Source: a virus
IMG/VR virus record: IMGVR_UViG_3300046318_000520
Span: 1 to 64,000 of that record
Strand: one strand, 5' to 3'
Length of the DNA stretch: 64,000 nucleotides
The translations under genes and the position numbers were made by a program. A model generated the notes under the pieces. It was given only the letters and a program-made list of their open reading frames with translations, searched no databases and was not told the DNA's origin. Positions 1-9,463 of the stretch are shown piece after piece (positions within the stretch are counted from its first letter, which is position 1; every line of letters begins with the position of its first letter).

Positions 1-1
1 C

Positions 2-598
2 TATAAGGTATTTGCGGATGACGTGTATAACTCATTCCGTCAGATGCGTTATGGTATCCACTCTGGCCGCCACGACTCAGAATATGAGGTGGCAGCTATT
101 AGAAAAGAACTAGTAGACTGGCAATCTAATGCAGATAATGATGCTCTTACTCAAACATCTATTAGTTATTATGGCTGGTTGCCAGTTACGTATAATAGCT
201 CAGATGAGTCTATTGTATTTAGCTCAAACATCAATGATCCATACCGCTATCTTAAACTATGCTCAACAAACCCAGTTAATGTAGGATTGAGTTATAACTA
301 TGGCACTAATAGTAACCAAAATCTTATAGATGTAAACGCCGGAGGTTGTGTAACAAGAATTAATTTAAACCCTGCTATTACTATAAATAATCCAACCACT
401 CAAAGTGCACAGTATACTTTCCACCAGCAGACAGCGGCTTCTACATGGACTATCAACCACTCTCTTGGTTTTGTTCCTAATGTGATGACACTAAATGAGT
501 CTGGCCAAGAAATTATGGGTGTTGTAAACTCTGCTACTACATCAACACTGGTGCTTCAATTCTCTGATCCTGTAACAGGATATGCATACTTATCTTAA
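2..598 (+). CDS. Virion structural/tail-associated protein, 5'-truncated by window edge
   Basis: The frame is open from the window start (YKVFADDVYNSF...), so the GTG at 23 is probably internal. The C-terminal module 'QQTAASTWTINHSLGFVPNV...LQFSDPVTGYAYL' is typical of phage tail/baseplate-associated small domains. Confidence 0.6.
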   Translation, partial: YKVFADDVYNSFRQMRYGIHSGRHDSEYEVAAIRKELVDWQSNADNDALTQTSISYYGWLPVTYNSSDESIVFSSNINDPYRYLKLCSTNPVNVGLSYNYGTNSNQNLIDVNAGGCVTRINLNPAITINNPTTQSAQYTFHQQTAASTWTINHSLGFVPNVMTLNESGQEIMGVVNSATTSTLVLQFSDPVTGYAYLS

Positions 599-606
599 AT
601 GTAATC

Positions 607-3600
607 ATGCCTACAGTAAATAAAAAATATTATCATAATATAGATCTTGACAACAACCAGTTGTTAAATGCTGTTATTGAGAACCTGGCTACGGCACCAA
701 CAAGTCCTGTGGACGGGCAGATTTATTATAACACGACTGATAAGGTAATATATTTTTATAATGCTACGTCGGCAATATGGAAACCTATACTTTCTGATAA
801 CATTTATTCTGCCAATGGTACTCTTACCGGCAATAGAACTGTAAATACAGGTATTTACCAAATAAGTTTTACAGGTTCTAGCTCAACACTAAACACTATA
901 TCAACAGGCACTAATGCATCAACAGATTATGCTGGTATGAATATGTGGGATTCTGCTGGAGCTCTTGTTGGTTCATTTCAGATAGGAGGAGTTAGTGCAG
1001 GAACACCAGAATTAAGAGGTAATTTCTTTTTTGGAGCCAGAAAAACCGGTGGTAAAGTTTATATAGTCAATCAAGATGGTACACCATTACATGCATTTTT
1101 TAATTCAACAGGTAATGTAACTTTTGGAGGTATAACAGATGCTGGATTTAGGGTTGATGTAATTGGAAAGGATGCTAGGATTAATGGTGTAACTATCGGT
1201 AAAGGAAACAATAGTATAGCAACGAATACTGTTCTTGGAGTTAGTGCAGGTTTTAGTATAGCAGCTGCAATAAGAAGTGTTTTAATAGGATATGAAGCTG
1301 GATATAGTATTACTACAGGGACATCTTACACAGGTAGTGTTTTAATTGGATATCAGGCTGGTTATAATATGACTACTGGATTTTGGAATGTAATCATAGG
1401 TGACCAGGCAGGATACAGCATGACATCAGGTACCAGGAATACCCTTGTTGGTGAAGCCAGTGGTTATAGGATCACAACAGCAAGTGGAAATACTTTAATT
1501 GGTGATGGAACAGGTACATTCATAACAACAGGTGCTTATAATACTGTTATTGGTGTTAATTCTGCTCAAAATTTAACTACAGGACAATACAATATTGTAT
1601 TAGGATCAATTCCTTCAGTAGTAACAACAGGGAGTTATAATGTATTTATTGGGAATACAATATCAAATATATCTTCGGCACTTTCTAATAATATAATAAT
1701 TGCAGATGGTCAAGGTAATATAAGATTCAGAGATGATGCAACAAGTACCATTTTAGCACGACTTGCTGGCACCGGTACAAGAATGGTTGTTGCAGGTACA
1801 AATGGAGAGTTGAGTACACAAGCTATTACACAGGGTAGTTCAAATACATACTCAGCAGGTCTTCAATTAATAGGTACAAATGTTAAACAGAAACTGTTTA
1901 CAACGATCTATCAAAAGTCATTATTTACTGATTTATCTGATTTTACTGCTACAGGATTTACTCCTACAATAGTAAATAATAGCATACAGCTAACAAGTGG
2001 AGCACTTGACTTCAATCAATATTTTACTCTCAATAATAATACCAATGCTGATGAGAATATTGACTTTGAGATAATTGTAAAAGTGTTGGCAACCGGCTAC
2101 GGATTTAGCATAGGAAAAAGAACTGCAAATACTTGGTATACAGCAAGCTCTAACCTACAAGTTAGTATGACCGAAAACCAAATAAAACTTGGTGGTCAAT
2201 TCAAAACATTAAGTACAGTTACAGTTAATGATATATTAAAGGTTAGGTATTTTCAGAGAGGTGGTAGATTAGTAGGTTCTGTTGAAAATTTAACTACAGG
2301 GACTTATAACTTTTTGACAATCCAACCTGAATTCAATCCGGTTAAAACCGTATTACGCCCCAATACCAATAACTATACTATTTGGAATCATCAAGGTACT
2401 TTCAATATAATGAGCATGAACATAAGGTCTGCAATACCTTATGCTCCAGATGTTGTATGTATTGGTGATAGCAAAACATTTGGTTATTCATCAACATCAC
2501 AAAACTTAAGATGGACATCTTTATTAAATAGCCTTGGAAATGTTATTACATATGCCGGTGATGGGGACAGAACTGTAGAGGCTGTACTATCCGTGAATTA
2601 TATTATAAAATTTAAGCCAAAGTATGTAATACTTGCAATAGGAAGAAATGACTTAGGATCTGGCGTGTCTACAAGTACATGGCAAAGTAATTACCAGAGT
2701 ATTGTAAATACATTGACTGCTGCTGGTACTACTGTAATACACTTGTTTGGGATGGGTGAACCAGGTCTAGATCAAACAGCATTATGGTCGTGGATTAACT
2801 CTACGTATTCTACAAATAAAATAGATATTAGCTCAGTATGGGTTAATGCTACAATGGTCAGTACGGATAATATACATCCAAATGAATTTGGTCATAGGTT
2901 TATTTCTTCTCAAGTTATTGCAAGTGGATTGATTCCATTGTCATCTAACTATATCTCAGATTATATAGATCATGTTCCCAAAGAACCTATAGATGCTAGC
3001 AGTATTGTAGTAGATACAAGCAATTTAGTAACACTTACTACTGCTCAATCTATATTTGGGGCTAAAACCTTTACCAACAAGGTAACCATTAATAATAGCA
3101 CAAATGGTTCATCTCAATTTGCTACTGCATTATCTGTAAATAATATAATGACATTGTCTTCATTTACCAATATATGGGGAATGGATGTGAATGTTGGTAA
3201 TAGTGCAGCAAGTGTAGCAATGACATCTGTAGGTTATTTACAATTTAAAGATGAAATAACACTTGGAGCTGGAGGAAGTATACAGAACGCTTATGGCTTG
3301 AAAATGCCATCAATTAATAAAGCGGTAAACAATGTATATATAAGTCTTGCTGGTGGAACCCCTACAGGAAACTGGGGAATATACAATGCATCAACAAATG
3401 ATAATTACTTTGCAGGTAAGATATCTATTAACGCTGTAACTCCAGCTGCTACAGCAATACTACAAGCAGATTCTACTAATAAAGGTTTCTTGCCTCCAAG
3501 GATGACTGCCACAGATCGTGGAAACATAGTTTCAGCTGCAACAGGTTTGATTGTGTATCAAACGGATGGTTTAGAGGGCTTATACGAAAAGATATCTACT

Positions 3601-4482
3601 GGTTGGAGGATATTAAATGGAAGTGGAAGTAGTGGCTCAATGGCTATTGGTGGAGCAATAACATCTGCAACTATTGGGAGTGTATTGTTTGCAAGTACTT
3701 CGGGAGTTTTGGCTCAAGATAATGCTAACTTTTTTTGGGATAACACAAACAAAAGATTAGGGATTGGTACTAATACACCACAATATCCATTACATGTTAT
3801 TGGTGATGGACAATTCATAAAAAATGTTAATTATGTAAATTTAATAGTTGGAAGCACAGAGACGAGAGCAGCTGGCATGACTTGGAATAATCTTGAAAGT
3901 CAGTTTAAGTTTCAAACATATAACGCTTCATTTCCGATAGCTTTTGACTCAAGTGAATTAAACTTTTATATAAACTTTAATTTAAAAGCAAAAGTATTTG
4001 CTTCAGGAAATTTAGCATTACAAAATGCTGGAACTTTTACTGACATTCCTACGGCAATATTACAGTTAAATTCTACTACACAAGGTTTCTTACCTCCTCG
4101 GATGACTTTATCTAATCGTACAGGAATAACCAGTGCCGCCACTGGTTTAGTTGTATACCAGACTGACGGAACAGAGGGATTGTATGAAAAAACATCTGCA
4201 GGTTGGAGATTAATAAATGCCGCAGCTAGCGGTGGTGGATTAACAGCTGCAAATTTTGTTTCAGATTATGACAGTGTAATTACTGGACTCAGAAACAGCT
4301 CAAACAAAGTGTACACACTTACCCAAAATTATCAGTCTGGTACTACTAAAGTGTATGTTAACGGTGTGCGGTACAGCCCGGGTGCCGGTAATGATTACAC
4401 AGAATCAGCAGCTAACCAAATCACTTTTACTAATGCTCCAGACAGTGGAGATCTTATACTTGTAGATTATATAAAATCTTAA
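607..4482 (+). CDS. Tail fibre/spike protein with SGNH (GDSL) esterase domain
   Basis: 1291 aa, Thr/Gly/Asn-rich. It has YadA-head-like beta-roll repeats (NTVLGVSAG, SVLIGYEAG, NVIIGDQAG...) and the complete SGNH blocks IGDSKTFG / GDG / AIGRND / DNIHP. Other tail-fibre motifs include RLGIGTNTP and KGFLPPRMT. Confidence 0.85.
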   Translation: MPTVNKKYYHNIDLDNNQLLNAVIENLATAPTSPVDGQIYYNTTDKVIYFYNATSAIWKPILSDNIYSANGTLTGNRTVNTGIYQISFTGSSSTLNTISTGTNASTDYAGMNMWDSAGALVGSFQIGGVSAGTPELRGNFFFGARKTGGKVYIVNQDGTPLHAFFNSTGNVTFGGITDAGFRVDVIGKDARINGVTIGKGNNSIATNTVLGVSAGFSIAAAIRSVLIGYEAGYSITTGTSYTGSVLIGYQAGYNMTTGFWNVIIGDQAGYSMTSGTRNTLVGEASGYRITTASGNTLIGDGTGTFITTGAYNTVIGVNSAQNLTTGQYNIVLGSIPSVVTTGSYNVFIGNTISNISSALSNNIIIADGQGNIRFRDDATSTILARLAGTGTRMVVAGTNGELSTQAITQGSSNTYSAGLQLIGTNVKQKLFTTIYQKSLFTDLSDFTATGFTPTIVNNSIQLTSGALDFNQYFTLNNNTNADENIDFEIIVKVLATGYGFSIGKRTANTWYTASSNLQVSMTENQIKLGGQFKTLSTVTVNDILKVRYFQRGGRLVGSVENLTTGTYNFLTIQPEFNPVKTVLRPNTNNYTIWNHQGTFNIMSMNIRSAIPYAPDVVCIGDSKTFGYSSTSQNLRWTSLLNSLGNVITYAGDGDRTVEAVLSVNYIIKFKPKYVILAIGRNDLGSGVSTSTWQSNYQSIVNTLTAAGTTVIHLFGMGEPGLDQTALWSWINSTYSTNKIDISSVWVNATMVSTDNIHPNEFGHRFISSQVIASGLIPLSSNYISDYIDHVPKEPIDASSIVVDTSNLVTLTTAQSIFGAKTFTNKVTINNSTNGSSQFATALSVNNIMTLSSFTNIWGMDVNVGNSAASVAMTSVGYLQFKDEITLGAGGSIQNAYGLKMPSINKAVNNVYISLAGGTPTGNWGIYNASTNDNYFAGKISINAVTPAATAILQADSTNKGFLPPRMTATDRGNIVSAATGLIVYQTDGLEGLYEKISTGWRILNGSGSSGSMAIGGAITSATIGSVLFASTSGVLAQDNANFFWDNTNKRLGIGTNTPQYPLHVIGDGQFIKNVNYVNLIVGSTETRAAGMTWNNLESQFKFQTYNASFPIAFDSSELNFYINFNLKAKVFASGNLALQNAGTFTDIPTAILQLNSTTQGFLPPRMTLSNRTGITSAATGLVVYQTDGTEGLYEKTSAGWRLINAAASGGGLTAANFVSDYDSVITGLRNSSNKVYTLTQNYQSGTTKVYVNGVRYSPGAGNDYTESAANQITFTNAPDSGDLILVDYIKS
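3461..4218 (+). repeat. Diverged intragenic duplication (~155 nt; ~3461-3618 and ~4061-4218)
   Basis: DSTNKGFLPPRMT...AATGLIVYQTDGLEGLYEK...GWR versus NSTTQGFLPPRMT...AATGLVVYQTDGTEGLYEK...GWR, offset 600 nt. Confidence 0.85.
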
Positions 4483-4500
4483 ACTTATAAATTATTAGAG

Positions 4501-6147
4501 ATGGCAATTACACAAGTTAAATCTAAACAACAGCTTGTTATTACAGATAATGTTTCTTTTCAAGATACTTATCGTTTAACAAATCTTGTTAGCCCTACAA
4601 ATGCCCAGGATGCCGCCACCAAAGCTTATGTAGATACATTAAAGCAAGCACTTGACATTAAAGACTCAGTCAGAGTAGCTACATCTGGTGCTGAGACATA
4701 CACTATTGCTTCAGGAGCTGTAACACAGATTACAGGTACATCAGTAGATGGTATTTCTGTTGTTTTAAACGATCGTATTTTAATCAAGAATGCTCCAGCA
4801 ACATCTGGTGCAGGAGCAGGAGTTGGAACAGCAAATACTACACAGTCTGCAAATGGTATTTATATTGTCACCAATGCAACTACTAACCTTACAGTTCAAC
4901 GTGCTACTGATGCCGATGTAAGTGCTGATGTGACTGCAGGATTGTTTGTTTTTGTAGCGGAAGGTACTGCAGCTGCAGACAATGGTTATGTGCTTACCAC
5001 CAATGACTCTATTACATTAAATACGACAGGTCTTACTTTCACTCAGTTTTCTGGGGCAGGTCAGATTACAGCCGGTAACGGTTTGACAAAAACTGGTAAC
5101 ACCATAGATGCTGTCGGAACAAGCAACCGTATATCTGTTTCTGCAGACGCTATTGATATTGATGCTAACTACGTAGGACAAACTACGATTGTTACTCTTG
5201 GTACAGTAACCACAGGTACATGGAGTGCTACTGCTATAGCTGCTACAAGAGGCGGTACTGGACTTACTTCTTATGTACTTGGTGATTTAATTTATGCTTC
5301 CGCTGCTAATACTTTAGCATCACTTGCTGGTAGCATTGTAGCAACTAAGAGATTTCTTACCCAGACTGGTAACGGATCTATATCTGCAGCTCCAGTATGG
5401 AGTGTTATTGCTGCATCTGATATTGGATCTGGAGCGGCTCTTACTAAAACAGATGATACCAACGTAACCCTGACTCTTGGTGGCACACCAGCCAGTGCAT
5501 TGCTTACTGCTGCTTCTATAACAGTTGGCTGGTCTGGTACATTGTCTATTGCTCGTGGTGGTACTGCAGCAGCTTCTTTTACTGCATATATGCCAATTGT
5601 AGGCGGTACTACAACCACTGGTGCTTTCCAGAGTGTGGCTGTAGGATCTGCAACAGGTCAGCCTCTTACTTACCAGGGTACTGGAGCGGTTCCTACTTTT
5701 TCTGCATTAAACTTGGCTGGTACTTCTGTGGTAACAGGAACGCTTCCTGTTGCAAATGGAGGCACGGGGCAGTCTACATATACCGATGGTCAGCTTTTAA
5801 TTGGAAATACTACCGGTAGTACGCTTTCTAAAGCAACACTTACACAAGGAACAGGTATTGCCATTACAAATGGTAATGGTACAATTACCATTGCTGTATC
5901 AGCTTCTGTTCTTACAACTACAAACTTTGTTACCCGTGAAATTCCATCAGGAGCAATTAACGGAACTAACGCTGCATTTGTTTTAGCTAATACGCCAATT
6001 GCAGGCACAGAAGAATTGTATGTCAACGGTATACTTCAAAACGTAGGTGCAGGAAATGACTATACTATTGCAACTACTACAATTACATTTCAGACAGGAG
6101 CTATTCCTCAAACAGGAGATACGGTACTTGTAAATTATCGTAAGTAA
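4501..6147 (+). CDS. Tail fibre/virion fibre protein
   Basis: 548 aa, Thr/Gly/Ala-rich. Contains SPTNAQDAATKAYVD, DRILIKN...ANGIY and repeated 'xxGGTG' fibre motifs. The C-terminal domain is paralogous to that of 607..4482. Confidence 0.8.
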   Translation: MAITQVKSKQQLVITDNVSFQDTYRLTNLVSPTNAQDAATKAYVDTLKQALDIKDSVRVATSGAETYTIASGAVTQITGTSVDGISVVLNDRILIKNAPATSGAGAGVGTANTTQSANGIYIVTNATTNLTVQRATDADVSADVTAGLFVFVAEGTAAADNGYVLTTNDSITLNTTGLTFTQFSGAGQITAGNGLTKTGNTIDAVGTSNRISVSADAIDIDANYVGQTTIVTLGTVTTGTWSATAIAATRGGTGLTSYVLGDLIYASAANTLASLAGSIVATKRFLTQTGNGSISAAPVWSVIAASDIGSGAALTKTDDTNVTLTLGGTPASALLTAASITVGWSGTLSIARGGTAAASFTAYMPIVGGTTTTGAFQSVAVGSATGQPLTYQGTGAVPTFSALNLAGTSVVTGTLPVANGGTGQSTYTDGQLLIGNTTGSTLSKATLTQGTGIAITNGNGTITIAVSASVLTTTNFVTREIPSGAINGTNAAFVLANTPIAGTEELYVNGILQNVGAGNDYTIATTTITFQTGAIPQTGDTVLVNYRK

Positions 6148-6169
6148 AATCTAATTAATTAAAAAGTAC

Positions 6170-6802
6170 ATGGCAGTTACAGGCGTACGTGGCAGACAAA
6201 TACTTGATGGTTCAGTGGTAAGAGCAGATCTTAATACTACTGTAACGGGTGATGCTGTAATAAGAAAACTAATTCAAAGCACTGGTTTATCTATTTCTTC
6301 AACAGGAGTAGATGCAGGTACGGGGGATGTAACTATTACGTTGGCTACCTCAGGCGTTGGAGCTGGTGGAACATTTGGTTCTTCAACTTTAATTCCTGTT
6401 GTAACTGTTGATACATACGGACGCATTACTAGCATATCAACAGTTAGTGCTAGTGGTGGCGGAGGTGGTGGTGGCGGTATAACATGGTCTGAAATACTTA
6501 CAACAACAGCTACAGCTGCTATAAACACTGGATACATAGCTAACAATTTATCATTGGTAACCATCACTCTACCAGCCACAGCTGCTGTGGGATCTATAGT
6601 AGAAGTGACGGGTAAAGGAGCAGGTGGATGGAAGATAGCATATCCAACAGGAGACATAATTCACTTTGGAAACTTGGATACAACAATAAGCACAGGATAC
6701 TTACAGTCTACTCTTACTAGAGATTCTGTGCGTCTTGTATGCGTTGCAGCAGATACTGAATGGAACGTAATATCATCAATGGGTAACATAACAATAGTAT
6801 AA
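6170..6802 (+). CDS. Short tail-fibre-associated protein
   Basis: Has a VTVDTYGRIT fibre motif, a poly-Gly hinge and a 'TITLPATAAVG' beta-sandwich. The N-terminus is paralogous to 9464..11698. Confidence 0.7.
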   Translation: MAVTGVRGRQILDGSVVRADLNTTVTGDAVIRKLIQSTGLSISSTGVDAGTGDVTITLATSGVGAGGTFGSSTLIPVVTVDTYGRITSISTVSASGGGGGGGGITWSEILTTTATAAINTGYIANNLSLVTITLPATAAVGSIVEVTGKGAGGWKIAYPTGDIIHFGNLDTTISTGYLQSTLTRDSVRLVCVAADTEWNVISSMGNITIV

Positions 6803-6803
6803 C

Positions 6804-7586
6804 ATGCCTGCACCAACATACGATGGCTCATATTCATTTACTAATGGATGGGGTACTTTAGAGACAACTAGTAGTACAACTACTGCAACATTTGTAGTCA
6901 ATCCAAATGATTTAATTGTTGTTTTTGCTGGACAGGCTAACTATGACCCAAGTGTTGGAGTGGATAGTGTTCCATCAATATCAGACAACTATAACTTACA
7001 GTGGAGTTTAGTATCTGTCAACCAAAATAATGTAGGGTGGTGTCCATTGCTTTGCTGGAGTGCTGTAAATAGTTATTCAACAAGTATTACAATTACAATT
7101 AAGCTAACACTATTTATTGTACAATCAACACCAGTTAAATTTGGTGGTAAGGCATATAAGTTTTCTTATGCAGATGGTATTGGGTTTACTGCAAACTATT
7201 TAGAAAATAATGCACCGGATGGGAGCTATGATTTAGCTATAACTCCATATAGAGGCAGTAGTTTATTTATTTTTTATGTATTAGATTGGGATACTTTTGA
7301 TTTACTAGATAGAACATACGGAACTAATAATGGATTTTCTCCAACAGAAATAGACTATGCATTAGAATCAAACTATAGTCTTGCTGCTGCTTTATATCAT
7401 GATACCGTTGATGGTAACTTGAGTTTTTTAACAGCACAAACTCCCAGAGTAACAGCAATGGCTGTAGAAATATTGGGATTTAACTTTGGGGCTGCTCCAG
7501 GTATATTACCTCCCTTACCCAATACTGGTGAAAGATGTGTAAGTAACATTTCTTCTATAACTAACATATCATCCATAACAATATAA
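6804..7586 (+). CDS. Hypothetical beta-rich virion/receptor-binding protein
   Basis: 260-aa ORF tightly packed in the fibre operon, aromatic and beta-rich. Confidence 0.55.
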   Translation: MPAPTYDGSYSFTNGWGTLETTSSTTTATFVVNPNDLIVVFAGQANYDPSVGVDSVPSISDNYNLQWSLVSVNQNNVGWCPLLCWSAVNSYSTSITITIKLTLFIVQSTPVKFGGKAYKFSYADGIGFTANYLENNAPDGSYDLAITPYRGSSLFIFYVLDWDTFDLLDRTYGTNNGFSPTEIDYALESNYSLAAALYHDTVDGNLSFLTAQTPRVTAMAVEILGFNFGAAPGILPPLPNTGERCVSNISSITNISSITI

Positions 7587-7587
7587 C

Positions 7588-8643
7588 ATGGCAAAACGGA
7601 ACTCAAGTAATCAAGACTTTACCGTAAACATAGACGGGTGGGATTTAACAGCTGGGCTTGCTCCTAGAAAACTTGCTGTTAAAGGTGGTGATGTTACATT
7701 AACAGGTGGAGCATCTGCTACTACTTATACATTTCCTACAGTAACCAATTATTCCAGGTTAGTGGGAGCTAATGGTGGGGACAATGCTTATTTCAGCAAT
7801 GACGTAGGTAACTATGCTACTACTGTAAATGCTGGTACTACCACTACATTGACATTTGCTTCAAAAAGATATCAATATTTCACAGCTGGTACTGCTGTTT
7901 TAACTCAAACTTGTAAACTACCCGATGCAACTACTCTAGAACTAGGAACAGCTTATGAAATAATAAATGAGTCTTTAGGTAGCTTAAATGTTGTTGACGG
8001 TGGTACCATATCAGGTATTACTCCTAAAATACAATTACCTCAGAATACTAAGGTTATTGTTAGATGTATAGGTATAGGATCTGCAGGTGGCACATGGGAA
8101 TATCAAACATATAGTACGGAGGGTGTTGTTTTGGGATCCCAGTATATTATGATAGCAAGTACTACTACTCGTACTATGTTAGCTCAAGCTGCTGCTCAAA
8201 GTATATTTAACGTAACACAAGCAGGTACAACAGCAGGAGCTTTAAATAACATACCTGTTGGAAACTATGCATTTGAATGTCTAGTATATTTAACGAATTT
8301 GTCAACAACTGCAAGTTCATCATTTGGATTTGCCCTGGGAGGTACAGCCACATTTACTTCTAAATGGATGTCTACAGCATTGAAAGGAACTTTGACTACA
8401 GCTGCTGCACATCAAACCACCTTTAATATTACAAACGCTAACACAACTATAGCTACAGCCAGTAACTCTACTACAGGTTACTTCTTTATTAAAGGAACTA
8501 TTTCTTGTACAGTTACAGGAACTTTGATTCCTCAAATGACTCAGCTTTCTGCTTTTTCAACAGCTGCAGTAAATACTGGATCTTATTTTAAGATTGACAA
8601 ACTAGGTACAACTGCAATTCCTTCTGTAGGAAACTGGATTTAA
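7588..8643 (+). CDS. Tail-fibre-associated protein
   Basis: 351 aa, Thr/Ala/Gly-rich, with a 'KLPDATTL..GTAYEIIN' beta-sandwich motif. Assigned partly by operon position. Confidence 0.65.
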   Translation: MAKRNSSNQDFTVNIDGWDLTAGLAPRKLAVKGGDVTLTGGASATTYTFPTVTNYSRLVGANGGDNAYFSNDVGNYATTVNAGTTTTLTFASKRYQYFTAGTAVLTQTCKLPDATTLELGTAYEIINESLGSLNVVDGGTISGITPKIQLPQNTKVIVRCIGIGSAGGTWEYQTYSTEGVVLGSQYIMIASTTTRTMLAQAAAQSIFNVTQAGTTAGALNNIPVGNYAFECLVYLTNLSTTASSSFGFALGGTATFTSKWMSTALKGTLTTAAAHQTTFNITNANTTIATASNSTTGYFFIKGTISCTVTGTLIPQMTQLSAFSTAAVNTGSYFKIDKLGTTAIPSVGNWI

Positions 8644-8666
8644 TAATTAAACATAAATAATAAATC

Positions 8667-9050
8667 ATGGTAAACGTAACGCTTAAAGCAAAACACTTGT
8701 ATTTTATCAGTAATGATCTTCGTAACTACTCAGCTGCTGAGTACTTTGCCCTTTTGGGTCGTATTAAAACAGTTTGCGTTGGTGTAGCAGACGATGATTC
8801 AGTTGCTGTTGATGTAGCGGTAATTGAACTCATCAAGATATTTAACATCATTGCATCTAAACCAGAAGGTCAAGCTAACAGGATTAATACTGAAATGATG
8901 GAGTTACTCACTCCACAATTGGAGGCAGGGGTGCTTAGTGAAGATCCTGAGTGGGTTGAAGCTGCAACTGCTATTAACAATATCCGTAATAACAACTGGG
9001 CTATTACTGACAACGCAATTGTTATTGGTAAGACTTTTATACAGGGATGA
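8667..9050 (+). CDS. Hypothetical protein (helical; possible fibre chaperone)
   Basis: 127-aa ORF with an A-rich leader and an ATGA overlap with the next gene. Confidence 0.55.
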   Translation: MVNVTLKAKHLYFISNDLRNYSAAEYFALLGRIKTVCVGVADDDSVAVDVAVIELIKIFNIIASKPEGQANRINTEMMELLTPQLEAGVLSEDPEWVEAATAINNIRNNNWAITDNAIVIGKTFIQG

Positions 9051-9457
9051 TAACCACAAGGAACGTCATAAAGAAACTTATGACAGATCTCCTGATCATA
9101 CAATCTTATGTCTACTCTAACGCAAGTTCTAAGTATTGGATGATCATTCAACCTTTAACTGTTGAGCTAAGTGATAAGTCCATCATAGAAATTCCCAGGA
9201 GGTTTATGTATGACATGGCAACAGTCCCTAAATGGTTGTGGAGCTTTGTAAGACCGTTTAACGACGGTCTACTGGCGTTTTTAATACACGATTATTTGTA
9301 CATACATCAGGAAGCTCACAATCTTACTAGAAAGCAGTGTGACCAGGAGATGCTCTTTTGGTTAAATATTATCAATAAACGGAATTCCATGGATAACTAT
9401 TTCAGGTATTTTATTGTAAGATGCCTGGGATGGTTATGGTGGAAAAAGATAGTCTAA
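9047..9457 (+). CDS. DUF1353-family protein
   Basis: IEIPRRFMYDMATVPKWLW...AFLIHDYLY...RKQCDQEM matches the DUF1353 pattern (VP.GF.TD.AS.P...HD.LY...R..AD). Confidence 0.8.
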   Translation: MITTRNVIKKLMTDLLIIQSYVYSNASSKYWMIIQPLTVELSDKSIIEIPRRFMYDMATVPKWLWSFVRPFNDGLLAFLIHDYLYIHQEAHNLTRKQCDQEMLFWLNIINKRNSMDNYFRYFIVRCLGWLWWKKIV

Positions 9458-9463
9458 TATCAA

